Assembly: GCA_001725155.1 (NCBI GenBank)
Contig: MEFP01000017.1
Location: forward strand, 2,338-66,337
Length of the DNA: 64,000 nt
From: Lysobacteraceae bacterium SCN 69-320
GTDB taxonomy: Bacteria > Pseudomonadota > Gammaproteobacteria > Xanthomonadales > Rhodanobacteraceae
Direction: 5' to 3'
Shown in pieces: positions 1-8,770 of the stretch. Both the position numbers and the translations under genes were made by a program. The notes under the pieces were generated by a model. It did no database searches, was not told the DNA's origin, and saw only the letters and a list, made by a program, of their open reading frames with translations. Position 1 is the stretch's first letter; every line of letters starts with the position of its first letter.

Positions 1-155
1 TCGCTTCGGCAGCCGGCCGCCGCTCCGGAGGTCATGCTGTAGCGCGATGGTCGTGTGTGCGGCGCAATGACGGCGCAGCTCAGTAGCGACGGCGACGCGG
101 CGGAGGGCGGCGCAGCAACCTTCTCGCTGTCGGCGAGTTCGGCTATCGTCGCCGG

Positions 156-878
156 ATGGCCGCAACTCTGTTCATCTCCGACCTGCATCTGGACGAAGAC
201 CGGCCGCAGATCACCGATCTGTTCCTGAGCTTCCTGCGCGGCGAGGCGCGCTCGGCGTCCGCGCTGTACATACTCGGCGACCTGTTCGAAAGCTGGATCG
301 GCGACGACGACGACGCGCCGCTGGGCCTGCGCGTGCAGGATGCGCTGGCCGAACTCGCCGGACACGCCGTCGCCGTGCATTTCATGGCCGGCAATCGCGA
401 TTTCCTCGTCGGCCCGCGCTTCGCCGCCCGCAGCGGCCTGACCCTGCTGAGCGACCCGACGCGCATCGAACTGGGCGGCGTGCCGACCCTGCTGATGCAC
501 GGCGACACCTTGTGCACCGACGACACGGACTATCAGAAATTCCGCAGCCTCGTACGCGACCCGGCCTGGCAGCAGACCTTCCTGTCGCAGCCGCTGCCGG
601 CGCGCCGGGCATTCGCCGCCCAGGCGCGAGCGCAGAGCCGCGAACACACCGGCACGGCTCGCGCCGAGATCATGGACGTGACCGACGTCGCCGTGCGCGC
701 GGCGTTGCAGACCCACGACGTCGTCCGCCTGATCCACGGGCATACGCACCGGCCGGCGCGCCACCGCATCGAACTCGGCGACCGTGTCGCCGAACGCATC
801 GTGCTGGGCGACTGGTACGAGCAGGGCAGCGTACTGCGCGTCGACGGCGAGCGGATCGAGCTCGCCGGACTGAGCTGA
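156..878 (+). CDS. lpxH: UDP-2,3-diacylglucosamine diphosphatase
   Basis: Calcineurin-like metallophosphoesterase motifs FISDLHL, ILGDLFESWIGDD, MAGNRDFL, LMHGD, IHGHTHRP, VLGDW. Confidence 0.95.
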   Translation: MAATLFISDLHLDEDRPQITDLFLSFLRGEARSASALYILGDLFESWIGDDDDAPLGLRVQDALAELAGHAVAVHFMAGNRDFLVGPRFAARSGLTLLSDPTRIELGGVPTLLMHGDTLCTDDTDYQKFRSLVRDPAWQQTFLSQPLPARRAFAAQARAQSREHTGTARAEIMDVTDVAVRAALQTHDVVRLIHGHTHRPARHRIELGDRVAERIVLGDWYEQGSVLRVDGERIELAGLS

Positions 879-948
879 CAGCCGCTGCGTCACTCCCCTG
901 ATCGCCTCTGCTCAGGCGGTTTCCCGCCGCGAGCGACACGCTGCTGCA

Positions 949-1022
949 GTCGCCTTCGGCTCACCACAACCTACGGCATCGCCGTCGCCCCGTAGGTTGC
1001 AGTGAGCGCAGCGAACCGCAAC
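949..1022. repeat. Inverted pair of GTAG-type REP-like elements (REPIN-like doublet)
   Basis: The reverse complement of 949-976 (ccgtaggttgtggtgagccgaaggcgac) faces 990-1022 (ccgtaggttgcagtgagcgcagcgaaccgcaac). It lies between convergent genes; a third copy is at 8635-8669. Confidence 0.7.
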
Positions 1023-1111
1023 ACCGAGGCGTTCCCGCACGGCGAACGTCGAACGAAGCGAACCGCAGCGTCGCGGTCCCTACGCACCGACCGGCCCGCT
1101 CCCCGCCGCGC

Positions 1112-1513
1112 TCAGCGCACCGGAAACGTCTGCGCTTCCTCGCCCTTGCCCCGCGCGGGCGCGGGCTGCGCCGCCGCGCGGGCGGCCCGCGCCGGGCGCG
1201 TGTTGCCGCAGTGATAGGCGGCGAAGGACTGTTCGCCGTTGCGCGGTTCGCCGAGGGCGACCAGGGTGTCGGCCGGCAGGCTCGCGGCCTGGTTGCGCGC
1301 CAGGGTCTCGAGCTCGTCCTTGACCTTGAGGTTGCTGCGGTCGTACGGGCCTATGCGGTCCTTCACCGATACGCCGACCTCGCCCACCTTGTCGCAGCCG
1401 TCGACGCGGCCGTCGTAGGCCACCCGCACGTGTGCGCCGGCATCCTCGAGCTTGACCCAGGTACAGCCGGCCAGGGTGGCCAGTACGGCGCAGAGCAGCA
1501 GCGGTTTTTTCAT
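1112..1513 (-). CDS. DUF4156-like lipoprotein
   Basis: Lipobox LAGC, followed by TWVKL...V..C...G.V.V...L...ARNQAA.L.ADT, typical of DUF4156. Confidence 0.8.
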   Translation of the reverse strand: MKKPLLLCAVLATLAGCTWVKLEDAGAHVRVAYDGRVDGCDKVGEVGVSVKDRIGPYDRSNLKVKDELETLARNQAASLPADTLVALGEPRNGEQSFAAYHCGNTRPARAARAAAQPAPARGKGEEAQTFPVR

Positions 1514-1529
1514 GGGCGTCGGGTTCTCG

Positions 1530-3590
1530 TCAGTTGCCGTTGCAGGCGACGCCGGCCGGCGCCGTCAGCCGTTGCAGGTTCAGCGCGACCGGCGCGCCGC
1601 CGGCCGGCGTCAATGTCGCCGTGCCGCTGCTGCAGCCTAGCCGGATCTGCAGGCTCAGTGCGCCCGGATGATTGACTACCGCGGCCGGATCGAAACCCTC
1701 GCCGAACACCGGGCCGGTCACGGTGGCCAGGTCCACGGTCGCGCCGGCGGCGAGATTGCCGTTGGCCACGCCGCTGGCCCAGCCGACGAAATCGCTGCTG
1801 CCGGGCGCGCCGTAATACATGACCAGGAAACGGTTGCCGTCGAACTGTTCGACATGGAAGCCCGAACCGCCGCGGCTGGGATCGAACCACGAGCCGCTGG
1901 CCTGGGCCGGCGCCCGGCCGCTGCCGTCGCAGCCCAGTCCGGTCAGCGCAGTCAGGCGCGTCAGCGGCACGGTCTTGCTGCCCCAGCCTTGCGGACCTTC
2001 CCAGCGCAGCTCGCCGGTATTGCAGTCGGAGAAGCCGATGAACAGGTGGCCCCAGTCGGTCGGGTCGGGCGAGACCGCGCCGCCGTCGGGCCGGCTGGGC
2101 CGGTGATATGTCGTGTCGAATGCGATGCCGCCGGGCACCACCTTGCCGTCGCCGACGAGCCAGGCCTGGGGCGGCTGCGTGCCGGACGGCGAGAAAGTAA
2201 AGAAATATACAATGGCTCGTCCGCCGTCCAGCACTTCCAGCGCGATGCCTTCGCCGCTGCGCGCCGGATCGAACCAGCTGCCGTTGAAGCGTGCATCGAC
2301 TGCCACCGGTTCGGCGCGCGGCGGCACGCGCGCATCCAGCGAGGTCGGCACGTAGCTGTCGTCGAAGCGGCAGTCGCCGGGGCCGGCGATGCCGAGACAG
2401 CCTTGCTGCATCTGCGCCGCGGTCGGCTTGGCGCCGCCGTCCTTCCACTGGCGGAACGCTTCCCAGGCGACCTTGCCTTCGGCGTCGGAAAACCCGCAGT
2501 GGCTCGGCGTAGCCTCGCGCACGACGGCGCTGACCAGCTGCGCGTCGGGCGTCTTCTGGCGCAGCACGTACTGATGCTGCGGAATCACGAGCTCGTCGCC
2601 GCTGGTGTGCAGCGACAGCACCTTGGCAGCGCCGATGTCGCCGCGATAGTCCGAGCGCCAGTCGAACTCGACCGCGGCGGCCGGCTGCGCGGCGACGCGG
2701 CGGATGCGGCTGTCCAGATCGGCGTCGTTGTACATCGCGCCGAGGTTGCCGAACGGATTGCGCCCGCCCATCTTGTCCGGCGCGCGCAGCACGTCGCTGA
2801 GCACGAAGGTGGAATAGGCGATGTTGGTCAGCAGGAATTTCTCGTCCTGGATGCCGCTGATGCGCTGCAGCCGTGCGAGGCGGTCGCGCATGCCGTTGGT
2901 ACGGATGCTCTGCGGCAACGTGATGCCGGTGCAGACCGTGACGCTGAGCAGCGCACTGCGTACGTCCGGGTCCAGCTCGAGGTTGTCCAGATCGTCGGGA
3001 ATGTCGTTGAGGTTGTAGGCCCAGGGATAGGGCTCGGCGCCGGTCTTCAGGCGGCCGTTGTTGACGTCGGCGCAGACCACGTCATACGCCAGGCGCAGAT
3101 CCAGCCCGCTGTCCCAGGCGCGCGAGCCGGCTACGGGCGGACACAGCGCGAGCACGCCTTTGATCTGCGGGTTGAGCTCGCGGTCCTCGGCCAGCTTCAG
3201 TGCGATCAGTCCGCCCATGGAGCCGCCGAACGGCACGAGTTCGCCGGGGTTGCCGACGTCGCGGCGGAAGATATCGAGCAGTTCCTTGTTCTCGTCGACG
3301 GCCTGCAGCAGCGCCCAGCCGCGCGTGCTGAAGCCCGAGCCCGCTATCGCATAGCCTTCCTGCAGCGCGGTGTCGCGCAGCGGGCCCAGGCCGGGATCGG
3401 TGTCGAGCGAGAAATTCAGGCCATGCTGATACAGCACGAGGCCGTCGCCGGGCTGCCAGCCGTCGGGTACGGCGATGGTGTAGCGGGCGCCCGACGGAGC
3501 CTGCCCCTGGAGCTGGCGGACGGCGGCCGCCGGCGCGCTGAGTCCGACGGCCAGCAGGCCGGCCGCGATGAATCGAGTCCCGAGGTTCAT
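1530..3590 (-). CDS. Secreted alpha/beta-hydrolase with two C-terminal beta-rich 'GSWFDP..G.G' modules
   Basis: Signal peptide MNLGTRF...AAA; nucleophile elbow GGSMGG; candidate acid (TSGDELV) and His (PSHCGF); repeats FNGSWFDPARSGEG and ASGSWFDPSRGGSG. Start moved to ATG 3590 (GGGAG upstream). Confidence 0.8.
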   Translation of the reverse strand: MNLGTRFIAAGLLAVGLSAPAAAVRQLQGQAPSGARYTIAVPDGWQPGDGLVLYQHGLNFSLDTDPGLGPLRDTALQEGYAIAGSGFSTRGWALLQAVDENKELLDIFRRDVGNPGELVPFGGSMGGLIALKLAEDRELNPQIKGVLALCPPVAGSRAWDSGLDLRLAYDVVCADVNNGRLKTGAEPYPWAYNLNDIPDDLDNLELDPDVRSALLSVTVCTGITLPQSIRTNGMRDRLARLQRISGIQDEKFLLTNIAYSTFVLSDVLRAPDKMGGRNPFGNLGAMYNDADLDSRIRRVAAQPAAAVEFDWRSDYRGDIGAAKVLSLHTSGDELVIPQHQYVLRQKTPDAQLVSAVVREATPSHCGFSDAEGKVAWEAFRQWKDGGAKPTAAQMQQGCLGIAGPGDCRFDDSYVPTSLDARVPPRAEPVAVDARFNGSWFDPARSGEGIALEVLDGGRAIVYFFTFSPSGTQPPQAWLVGDGKVVPGGIAFDTTYHRPSRPDGGAVSPDPTDWGHLFIGFSDCNTGELRWEGPQGWGSKTVPLTRLTALTGLGCDGSGRAPAQASGSWFDPSRGGSGFHVEQFDGNRFLVMYYGAPGSSDFVGWASGVANGNLAAGATVDLATVTGPVFGEGFDPAAVVNHPGALSLQIRLGCSSGTATLTPAGGAPVALNLQRLTAPAGVACNGN

Positions 3591-3967
3591 GGCTCCCTCC
3601 CTAGTGCGCAAACGACGTCGAACCATAGCCGGCGCTATCTGAATGCTCGCGTGGCGCCGGCGCCCGCCGACCTCCTCGCAGCCGGCGTGCCAGCCGCGCG
3701 CAGGTCGGGGCCGCAGAGCAACCCTTTGTGTCCGCGTGGTTTTTTGTGGGGGGCACCGCAGTCCGGCCGGCCGGCCGCCGGGCGCGGCGCCTGCCGTGTC
3801 ATGACCGCGTCATGCGTTCTGCAGGTCGGCAGGCGGCGGCGGCGCCGGGCGCGGCGGTACGGCCCGGACCCGGCCGCCGCGCCCGGCGCGGCCGCACCAT
3901 GCGGAGACTTGTTCAGACTCTGCGTAGGCTATAGCCTTCGCGGTCACCCTCCTGCGGCACCTCCCCC

Positions 3968-4984
3968 ATGCTCTTCAAGCACGTCGCCATCGCCAGCGTT
4001 GCTCATATCGACGCGCCCGTCCGCCTGACTTCGGCCGAACTCAACGAGCGCCTCAAGCCCACGATCCAGCGGCTGGGCATACGCGACAACGTGCTCGAAG
4101 ACATCGCCGGCATCCACGCGCGGCGCATCTGGGACAAGGAGACCCTGCCGTCGGAAGCCGCGACCGCCGCAGCGCAGAAGGCGCTGGCCGAATCCGGCGT
4201 GCCGCACGAGAAGATCGGCATCCTGATCAACACTTCGGTCTGCCGCGACTACCTTGAACCGTCGACCGCCAGCATCATCCATGGCAACCTCGGCCTGGCC
4301 GACACCTGCCAGAACTTCGATGTCGGCAACGCCTGCCTCGCGTTCCTCAACGGCATGGACATCGCCGCGCGCATGATCGAGCGCGGCGACATCGAGTACG
4401 CGCTGATCGTCGACGGCGAGACGTCCAACCTCATCACCGAGAAGACGATCGAGCGCATGCTCTCGCCGGACATCGAGGAAAAGGAGTTCCGCAGCGAATT
4501 CGCCTCGCTGACCCTGGGCTCGGGCGCCGCCGCGATGGTCATGGGCCGCGCCGAACTGCTGCCCGAAGGCCACCAGTTCCTCGGCTCGGTCACGCGTGCC
4601 GCGACCGAGTTCTCGCACCTGTGCCGCGGCAATCTCGACCGCATGATCACCGACACGCGCAGCCTGCTGATAGAAGGTCTGAAGCTGGCCGGCAAGACCT
4701 TCCAGGCCGCGCGCGCCGCGCTGGGCTGGGCCATCGACGAGCTCGACGAGTTCGTGATCCACCAGATCAGCCGCGTACACACCGAAGAGTTCTGCCGCCT
4801 GCTCGGCATCGACCCGAAGAAGGTGCACGCGATCTTCCCGGAGCACGGCAACATCGGTCCGGCCTCGGTGCCGATCGTGCTGTCCAAGCTCAAGGAAATG
4901 GGCCGTCTCGAAAAGGGCAAGCGTGTCGCCCTGCTCGGCATCGGCTCGGGCCTGAACTGCTCGATGGCCGAAGTCGTCTGGTAA
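3968..4984 (+). CDS. oleA: OleA, acyl-CoA condensing thiolase/KAS III-like enzyme of olefin biosynthesis
   Basis: RDYLEPSTA (Glu), NACLAF (catalytic Cys), VIHQ (His), HGNIGPAS (Asn), GIGSGLNC; next to oleB and oleC. Confidence 0.9.
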   Translation: MLFKHVAIASVAHIDAPVRLTSAELNERLKPTIQRLGIRDNVLEDIAGIHARRIWDKETLPSEAATAAAQKALAESGVPHEKIGILINTSVCRDYLEPSTASIIHGNLGLADTCQNFDVGNACLAFLNGMDIAARMIERGDIEYALIVDGETSNLITEKTIERMLSPDIEEKEFRSEFASLTLGSGAAAMVMGRAELLPEGHQFLGSVTRAATEFSHLCRGNLDRMITDTRSLLIEGLKLAGKTFQAARAALGWAIDELDEFVIHQISRVHTEEFCRLLGIDPKKVHAIFPEHGNIGPASVPIVLSKLKEMGRLEKGKRVALLGIGSGLNCSMAEVVW

Positions 4985-5067
4985 GCCCTGCGCCCGCGGC
5001 CGCCCGTGCGGGAAACCGTCACGGGCTCGGCTATCATGCCGCCGCCGCGGCCATCGCCGCCTGACGA

Positions 5068-5982
5068 GTGTCGACGCCGCGCATGCCTGTCCTACCCGAC
5101 TACCCGTTCCGCGGACTGCGTTTCACGCATGCCAGTGGCCTGAACCAGCACTACCTCGACGAAGGCGCGCGCAACGCGCCGCCGGTGCTGATGCTGCACG
5201 GCAATCCGTCCTGGTCGTACTACTGGCGCCGCCTCGTGCTGGGTCTGCGCGACACCCATCGCTGCATCGTGCCCGACCACATCGGCATGGGGCTGTCGGA
5301 CAAGCCCGACGACAGCCGCTACGCCTATACCCTGCAGTCGCGCGTCGACGATCTCGATGCGCTGGTGCAGCACCTGATCGACGAAGGCGCGCCCGAGCGC
5401 GGCTGGACCGTGGCCGTGCACGACTGGGGCGGCATGATCGGCCTGGCCTGGGCCTGCCGCCGCCCCGAGCGCGTCGCGCGGCTGATCGTCACGAACACCG
5501 CGGCATTCCCGAATCCCAAGGGCCAGCGCATTCCGGCGGCGCTGCGCCTGGGCCGCGACTCGCGCCTTGGCGAATGGCTGATCCTGCGGCACAACGCGTT
5601 TGCCCGCGGCGCCGCGCGCTGGGGCGTCATGCGGCCGCTCGCGCCGGACGTGCGCGATGCGTTCCTGTATCCCTACGACACGCCGGCCAACCGCATCTCC
5701 ACCCTGCGCTTCGTGCAGGACATTCCGCTCGGGCCCGGCGACCGCGCCTGGTCGCTGGTCGAACGCACCGGCAACGAGCTGGCCCAGTTCGGCGACCGGC
5801 CGATGCTGATCGCCTGGGGCCTGCGCGACTTCGTGTTCGACAAGGCCTTCCTGGCCGAATGGCGCCGCCGCTTCCCGGGCGCCGAGGCGCACGAATACGC
5901 CCAGGCCGGCCACTATCTCAACGAAGATGCGCACGAGCAGCTGATTCCCGCCGTGCGCGATTTCCTGCATCGCACGGCCTGA
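5068..5982 (+). CDS. oleB: OleB, beta-lactone decarboxylase (haloalkane dehalogenase-like alpha/beta hydrolase)
   Basis: HGNPSWS, PDHIGMGLSDKP, VHDWGG (Asp nucleophile), AGHY; follows oleA. The start may be ATG 5083. Confidence 0.85.
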   Translation: MSTPRMPVLPDYPFRGLRFTHASGLNQHYLDEGARNAPPVLMLHGNPSWSYYWRRLVLGLRDTHRCIVPDHIGMGLSDKPDDSRYAYTLQSRVDDLDALVQHLIDEGAPERGWTVAVHDWGGMIGLAWACRRPERVARLIVTNTAAFPNPKGQRIPAALRLGRDSRLGEWLILRHNAFARGAARWGVMRPLAPDVRDAFLYPYDTPANRISTLRFVQDIPLGPGDRAWSLVERTGNELAQFGDRPMLIAWGLRDFVFDKAFLAEWRRRFPGAEAHEYAQAGHYLNEDAHEQLIPAVRDFLHRTA

Positions 5983-6003
5983 CCACAACCGGGAGGCGCG
6001 CCC

Positions 6004-6735
6004 ATGAGCGGATTCTCCGACGGATGGCGCTGGGGCGAGCTGGCCGGCCTGGCCGCCCTGGCGTTGCTGCTGTTCGTGCTCTGGCAGATTCCCGGCGTCG
6101 GCTTCGTGGTCTATCCGTTCCGCCTGTTCGGCACCTTCGTGCACGAGATCAGCCACGGCCTCGCCGCGCTCGCGACCGGCGGCGACTTCCACCGCTTCAC
6201 GGTCAGCCCCGATCTGTCCGGCCTGGCCTGGTCAGCGGGCGGCTGGCGCTGGGTCATTTCCAGCGCAGGCTACATCGGCAGCGCCGTGTTCGGCGGCGTG
6301 CTGATCCTGCTGGCCGCGCGCGGCGCCGCCTCGCGCGTGCTGCTGATGATTCTCGGCATCGCGCTGGGCCTGCTCTGCCTGCTGTTCGTGCGCAATCTGT
6401 TCGGCATCGTCGGCGGACTCGCGCTGGCCGCGGCGACCTTCTTCGCCGGCTACCGGCTGCGGCCGCCCTGGAGCGACGCGATGCTGCTCGTGCTCGCACT
6501 GCAGCTCGTGCTCGACGGTTTCAACAGCCTGCTCACCCTGCTGCGCCTGTCCGCGGCGAGCACCGTGCAGACCGACGCGCTGAGCATGGCCCAGGCCACC
6601 GGCATTCCGGCGCTGATCTGGAGCCTGGTCTGGGCCGCGATCTCGGCGGCCGTGCTCGGGTTCACCCTGTATCTGGCGTATCGGCGGCGCGCCGCTCCGG
6701 CCGCCGCGAATGCGGGCCCGGGGCGGTTGTCGTGA
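6004..6735 (+). CDS. M50B-family intramembrane metallopeptidase-like protein
   Basis: HExxH (VHEISHG), SAGYIG, multiple TM segments, late TDA motif; GGAGG Shine-Dalgarno. Confidence 0.8.
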   Translation: MSGFSDGWRWGELAGLAALALLLFVLWQIPGVGFVVYPFRLFGTFVHEISHGLAALATGGDFHRFTVSPDLSGLAWSAGGWRWVISSAGYIGSAVFGGVLILLAARGAASRVLLMILGIALGLLCLLFVRNLFGIVGGLALAAATFFAGYRLRPPWSDAMLLVLALQLVLDGFNSLLTLLRLSAASTVQTDALSMAQATGIPALIWSLVWAAISAAVLGFTLYLAYRRRAAPAAANAGPGRLS

Positions 6736-6844
6736 GTTCGCCTCGTCGTAATCGCGCGTACTCGGCCCGCGTCGCAGCGGCGGCCGGTGCCGCGCCGTCT
6801 CCAGGCATTCCTCAAGCGCGTGATGACACAGCCCGGAGCGCCGC

Positions 6845-8509
6845 ATGACTGAGGCCGCGAATATCGCTGGCGCGCTCAGCGCGATGGCGCGGCAGCGGCC
6901 CGAGGCCGTCGCATTGCGCGTGCCGCGACGCGCGTCGCGCAGTTCGGTACTGCCCGAATATCTGGACATGAGCTATGCCGAGCTCGATGCGTCCAGCGAC
7001 CGCGATGCGGCGGCCCTGGCCGCAGCCGGCATCGTGCGCGGCATGAAGACGGCGCTGATGGTGCGCCCCGGACGCGAGCTGTTCTCGCTGATGTTCGCGC
7101 TGTTCAAGCTCGGTGCCGTGCCGGTGCTGATCGACCCGGGCATAGACCGGCGCGCGCTGCGCGAGTGTCTGGCCGAAGCCGCACCCAGCGCATTCGTCGG
7201 CATTCCGCTCGCGCAGATCGCGCGGCTCGTGCTGGGCTGGGCGCGCGCGTCGGTGCGCATCGTCGTGACCGTCGGCGGAGCGTTCGGCTGGGGCGGGCTG
7301 CGCCTGGCTCGCCTGCGCGAAGCCGTGCCGGCGCAAGGCTTCGTCGCTGCGCCGACGCGGCCCGACGAACTTGCGGCCGTGCTGTTCACGTCGGGCTCGA
7401 CCGGCGTGCCCAAGGGCGTGGAATACCTGCACCGGCATTTCCTGGCCCAGGTCGAACTGCTGCGCGAGGCGTTCGCGCTGTCGCCGGGCCACGTCAACAT
7501 GCCGACGTTTCCGCCGTTCGCGCTGTTCGATCCGGCGCTGGGCTCCACGTCTGTGATTCCGGACATGGACCCGACGCGGCCGGCGAGCGCCGATCCGCGC
7601 AAGCTCGTCGCCGCGATCGAGCGCTACGGCGTCGACATGCTGTTCGGATCGCCCGCGCTGCTCGACACCTTGTCGCGCCATTGCGAGCGCCATGGCGTGC
7701 GCCTGCCGACCCTGCGCCGCGTGATCTCCGCCGGCGCGCCGGTCGCACCGGCCATCCTCGCGCGACTCAAGCCCTGGCTGGATCCGGCCGCGGAAATCTA
7801 CACGCCCTACGGCGCGACCGAATGCCTGCCGCTGGCCGTCATCGAAAGCGCCGAGCTGCTCGGCGACACGCGCGCACAGACCGAACGCGGCGCCGGCACC
7901 TGCGTGGGCCGGCCGCTCGCGGCCAACTGCGTGCGCATCATCGCGATCACCGACGAGCCGATCGCCGACTGGAGCGGCGTGCGCGAGCTCGGCGTCGGCG
8001 AGGTCGGCGAGATCACCGTCGCCGGACCGACCACGACCGAGGCCTATCACGCGCGGCCGGCGGCGACGGCGCTGGCCAAGATCCGCGACGGCGCGCGCAT
8101 CGTGCACCGCATGGGCGATCTCGGTTATTTCGATGCGCTGGGCCGGCTCTGGTTCTGCGGACGCAAGTCGCAGCGCGTGCGTGCGGCCGGCGGCGACCTG
8201 TATACCGAGCAGGTCGAGCCGATCTTCAACGCGATCGCCGGCGTGCGCCGCAGCGCGCTGGTCGGCGTCGGCACGGCGGGTGCGCAGCGGCCGGTGCTGC
8301 TGCTGGAGCTCGAATCCGCAGCCGCCGACGCGGCCGAGCGCGTCGAAGCCGAGGCGCGCAACCGCGCCGCGGCGTTCGCGCATACACGCGGCATCGGCGA
8401 CGTGCTGTTCCACGCGCAGTTCCCGGTCGACATCCGCCACAACGCCAAGATCGGCCGCGAAGCGCTGGCGCGCTGGGCCGGGACCAGGCTGGCCAAAGCC
8501 GCGCGCTAG
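6845..8509 (+). CDS. oleC: OleC, olefin beta-lactone synthetase (ANL adenylate-forming family)
   Basis: FTSGSTGVPKGV, TFPPFALF, YGATECLP, HRMGDLG, GRKSQRV, PVDIRHNAKIGRE. Confidence 0.9.
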   Translation: MTEAANIAGALSAMARQRPEAVALRVPRRASRSSVLPEYLDMSYAELDASSDRDAAALAAAGIVRGMKTALMVRPGRELFSLMFALFKLGAVPVLIDPGIDRRALRECLAEAAPSAFVGIPLAQIARLVLGWARASVRIVVTVGGAFGWGGLRLARLREAVPAQGFVAAPTRPDELAAVLFTSGSTGVPKGVEYLHRHFLAQVELLREAFALSPGHVNMPTFPPFALFDPALGSTSVIPDMDPTRPASADPRKLVAAIERYGVDMLFGSPALLDTLSRHCERHGVRLPTLRRVISAGAPVAPAILARLKPWLDPAAEIYTPYGATECLPLAVIESAELLGDTRAQTERGAGTCVGRPLAANCVRIIAITDEPIADWSGVRELGVGEVGEITVAGPTTTEAYHARPAATALAKIRDGARIVHRMGDLGYFDALGRLWFCGRKSQRVRAAGGDLYTEQVEPIFNAIAGVRRSALVGVGTAGAQRPVLLLELESAAADAAERVEAEARNRAAAFAHTRGIGDVLFHAQFPVDIRHNAKIGREALARWAGTRLAKAAR

Positions 8510-8634
8510 CGGCGACTGCGGCCCGCTCGTCGCGGTGGACCGCGCGCCTAGCGCGCCACCGGCGACGGCGAGCAGATTGGCGCGCAGCCTCGCCGGCCGC
8601 TTCGGTTGCGGTTCTTCGCGGCAGGGGCTTCGAT

Positions 8635-8669
8635 GTTGCGGTTCGCCTGCGGCTCGCCGCAACGTACGG
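8635..8669 (-). repeat. REP-like element, same family as 949-1022
   Basis: The reverse complement ccgtacgttgcggcgagccgcaggcgaaccgcaac aligns with 990-1022. Confidence 0.6.
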
Positions 8670-8770
8670 CGCCGGCGGCGCGACCAAAGTCGCCGCCGCC
8701 GCGCTTGCAACGGCGTGGCTGTATGCGCTTTGCTTGCGGTCCCGTTTCCGTTCCCACGCATCGAATTCCT

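Noticed and set aside
1-35. Possible start of a minus-strand gene (CAT at 33-35) divergent from lpxH
   Set aside because: Only about 11 codons are visible, with no recognisable motif
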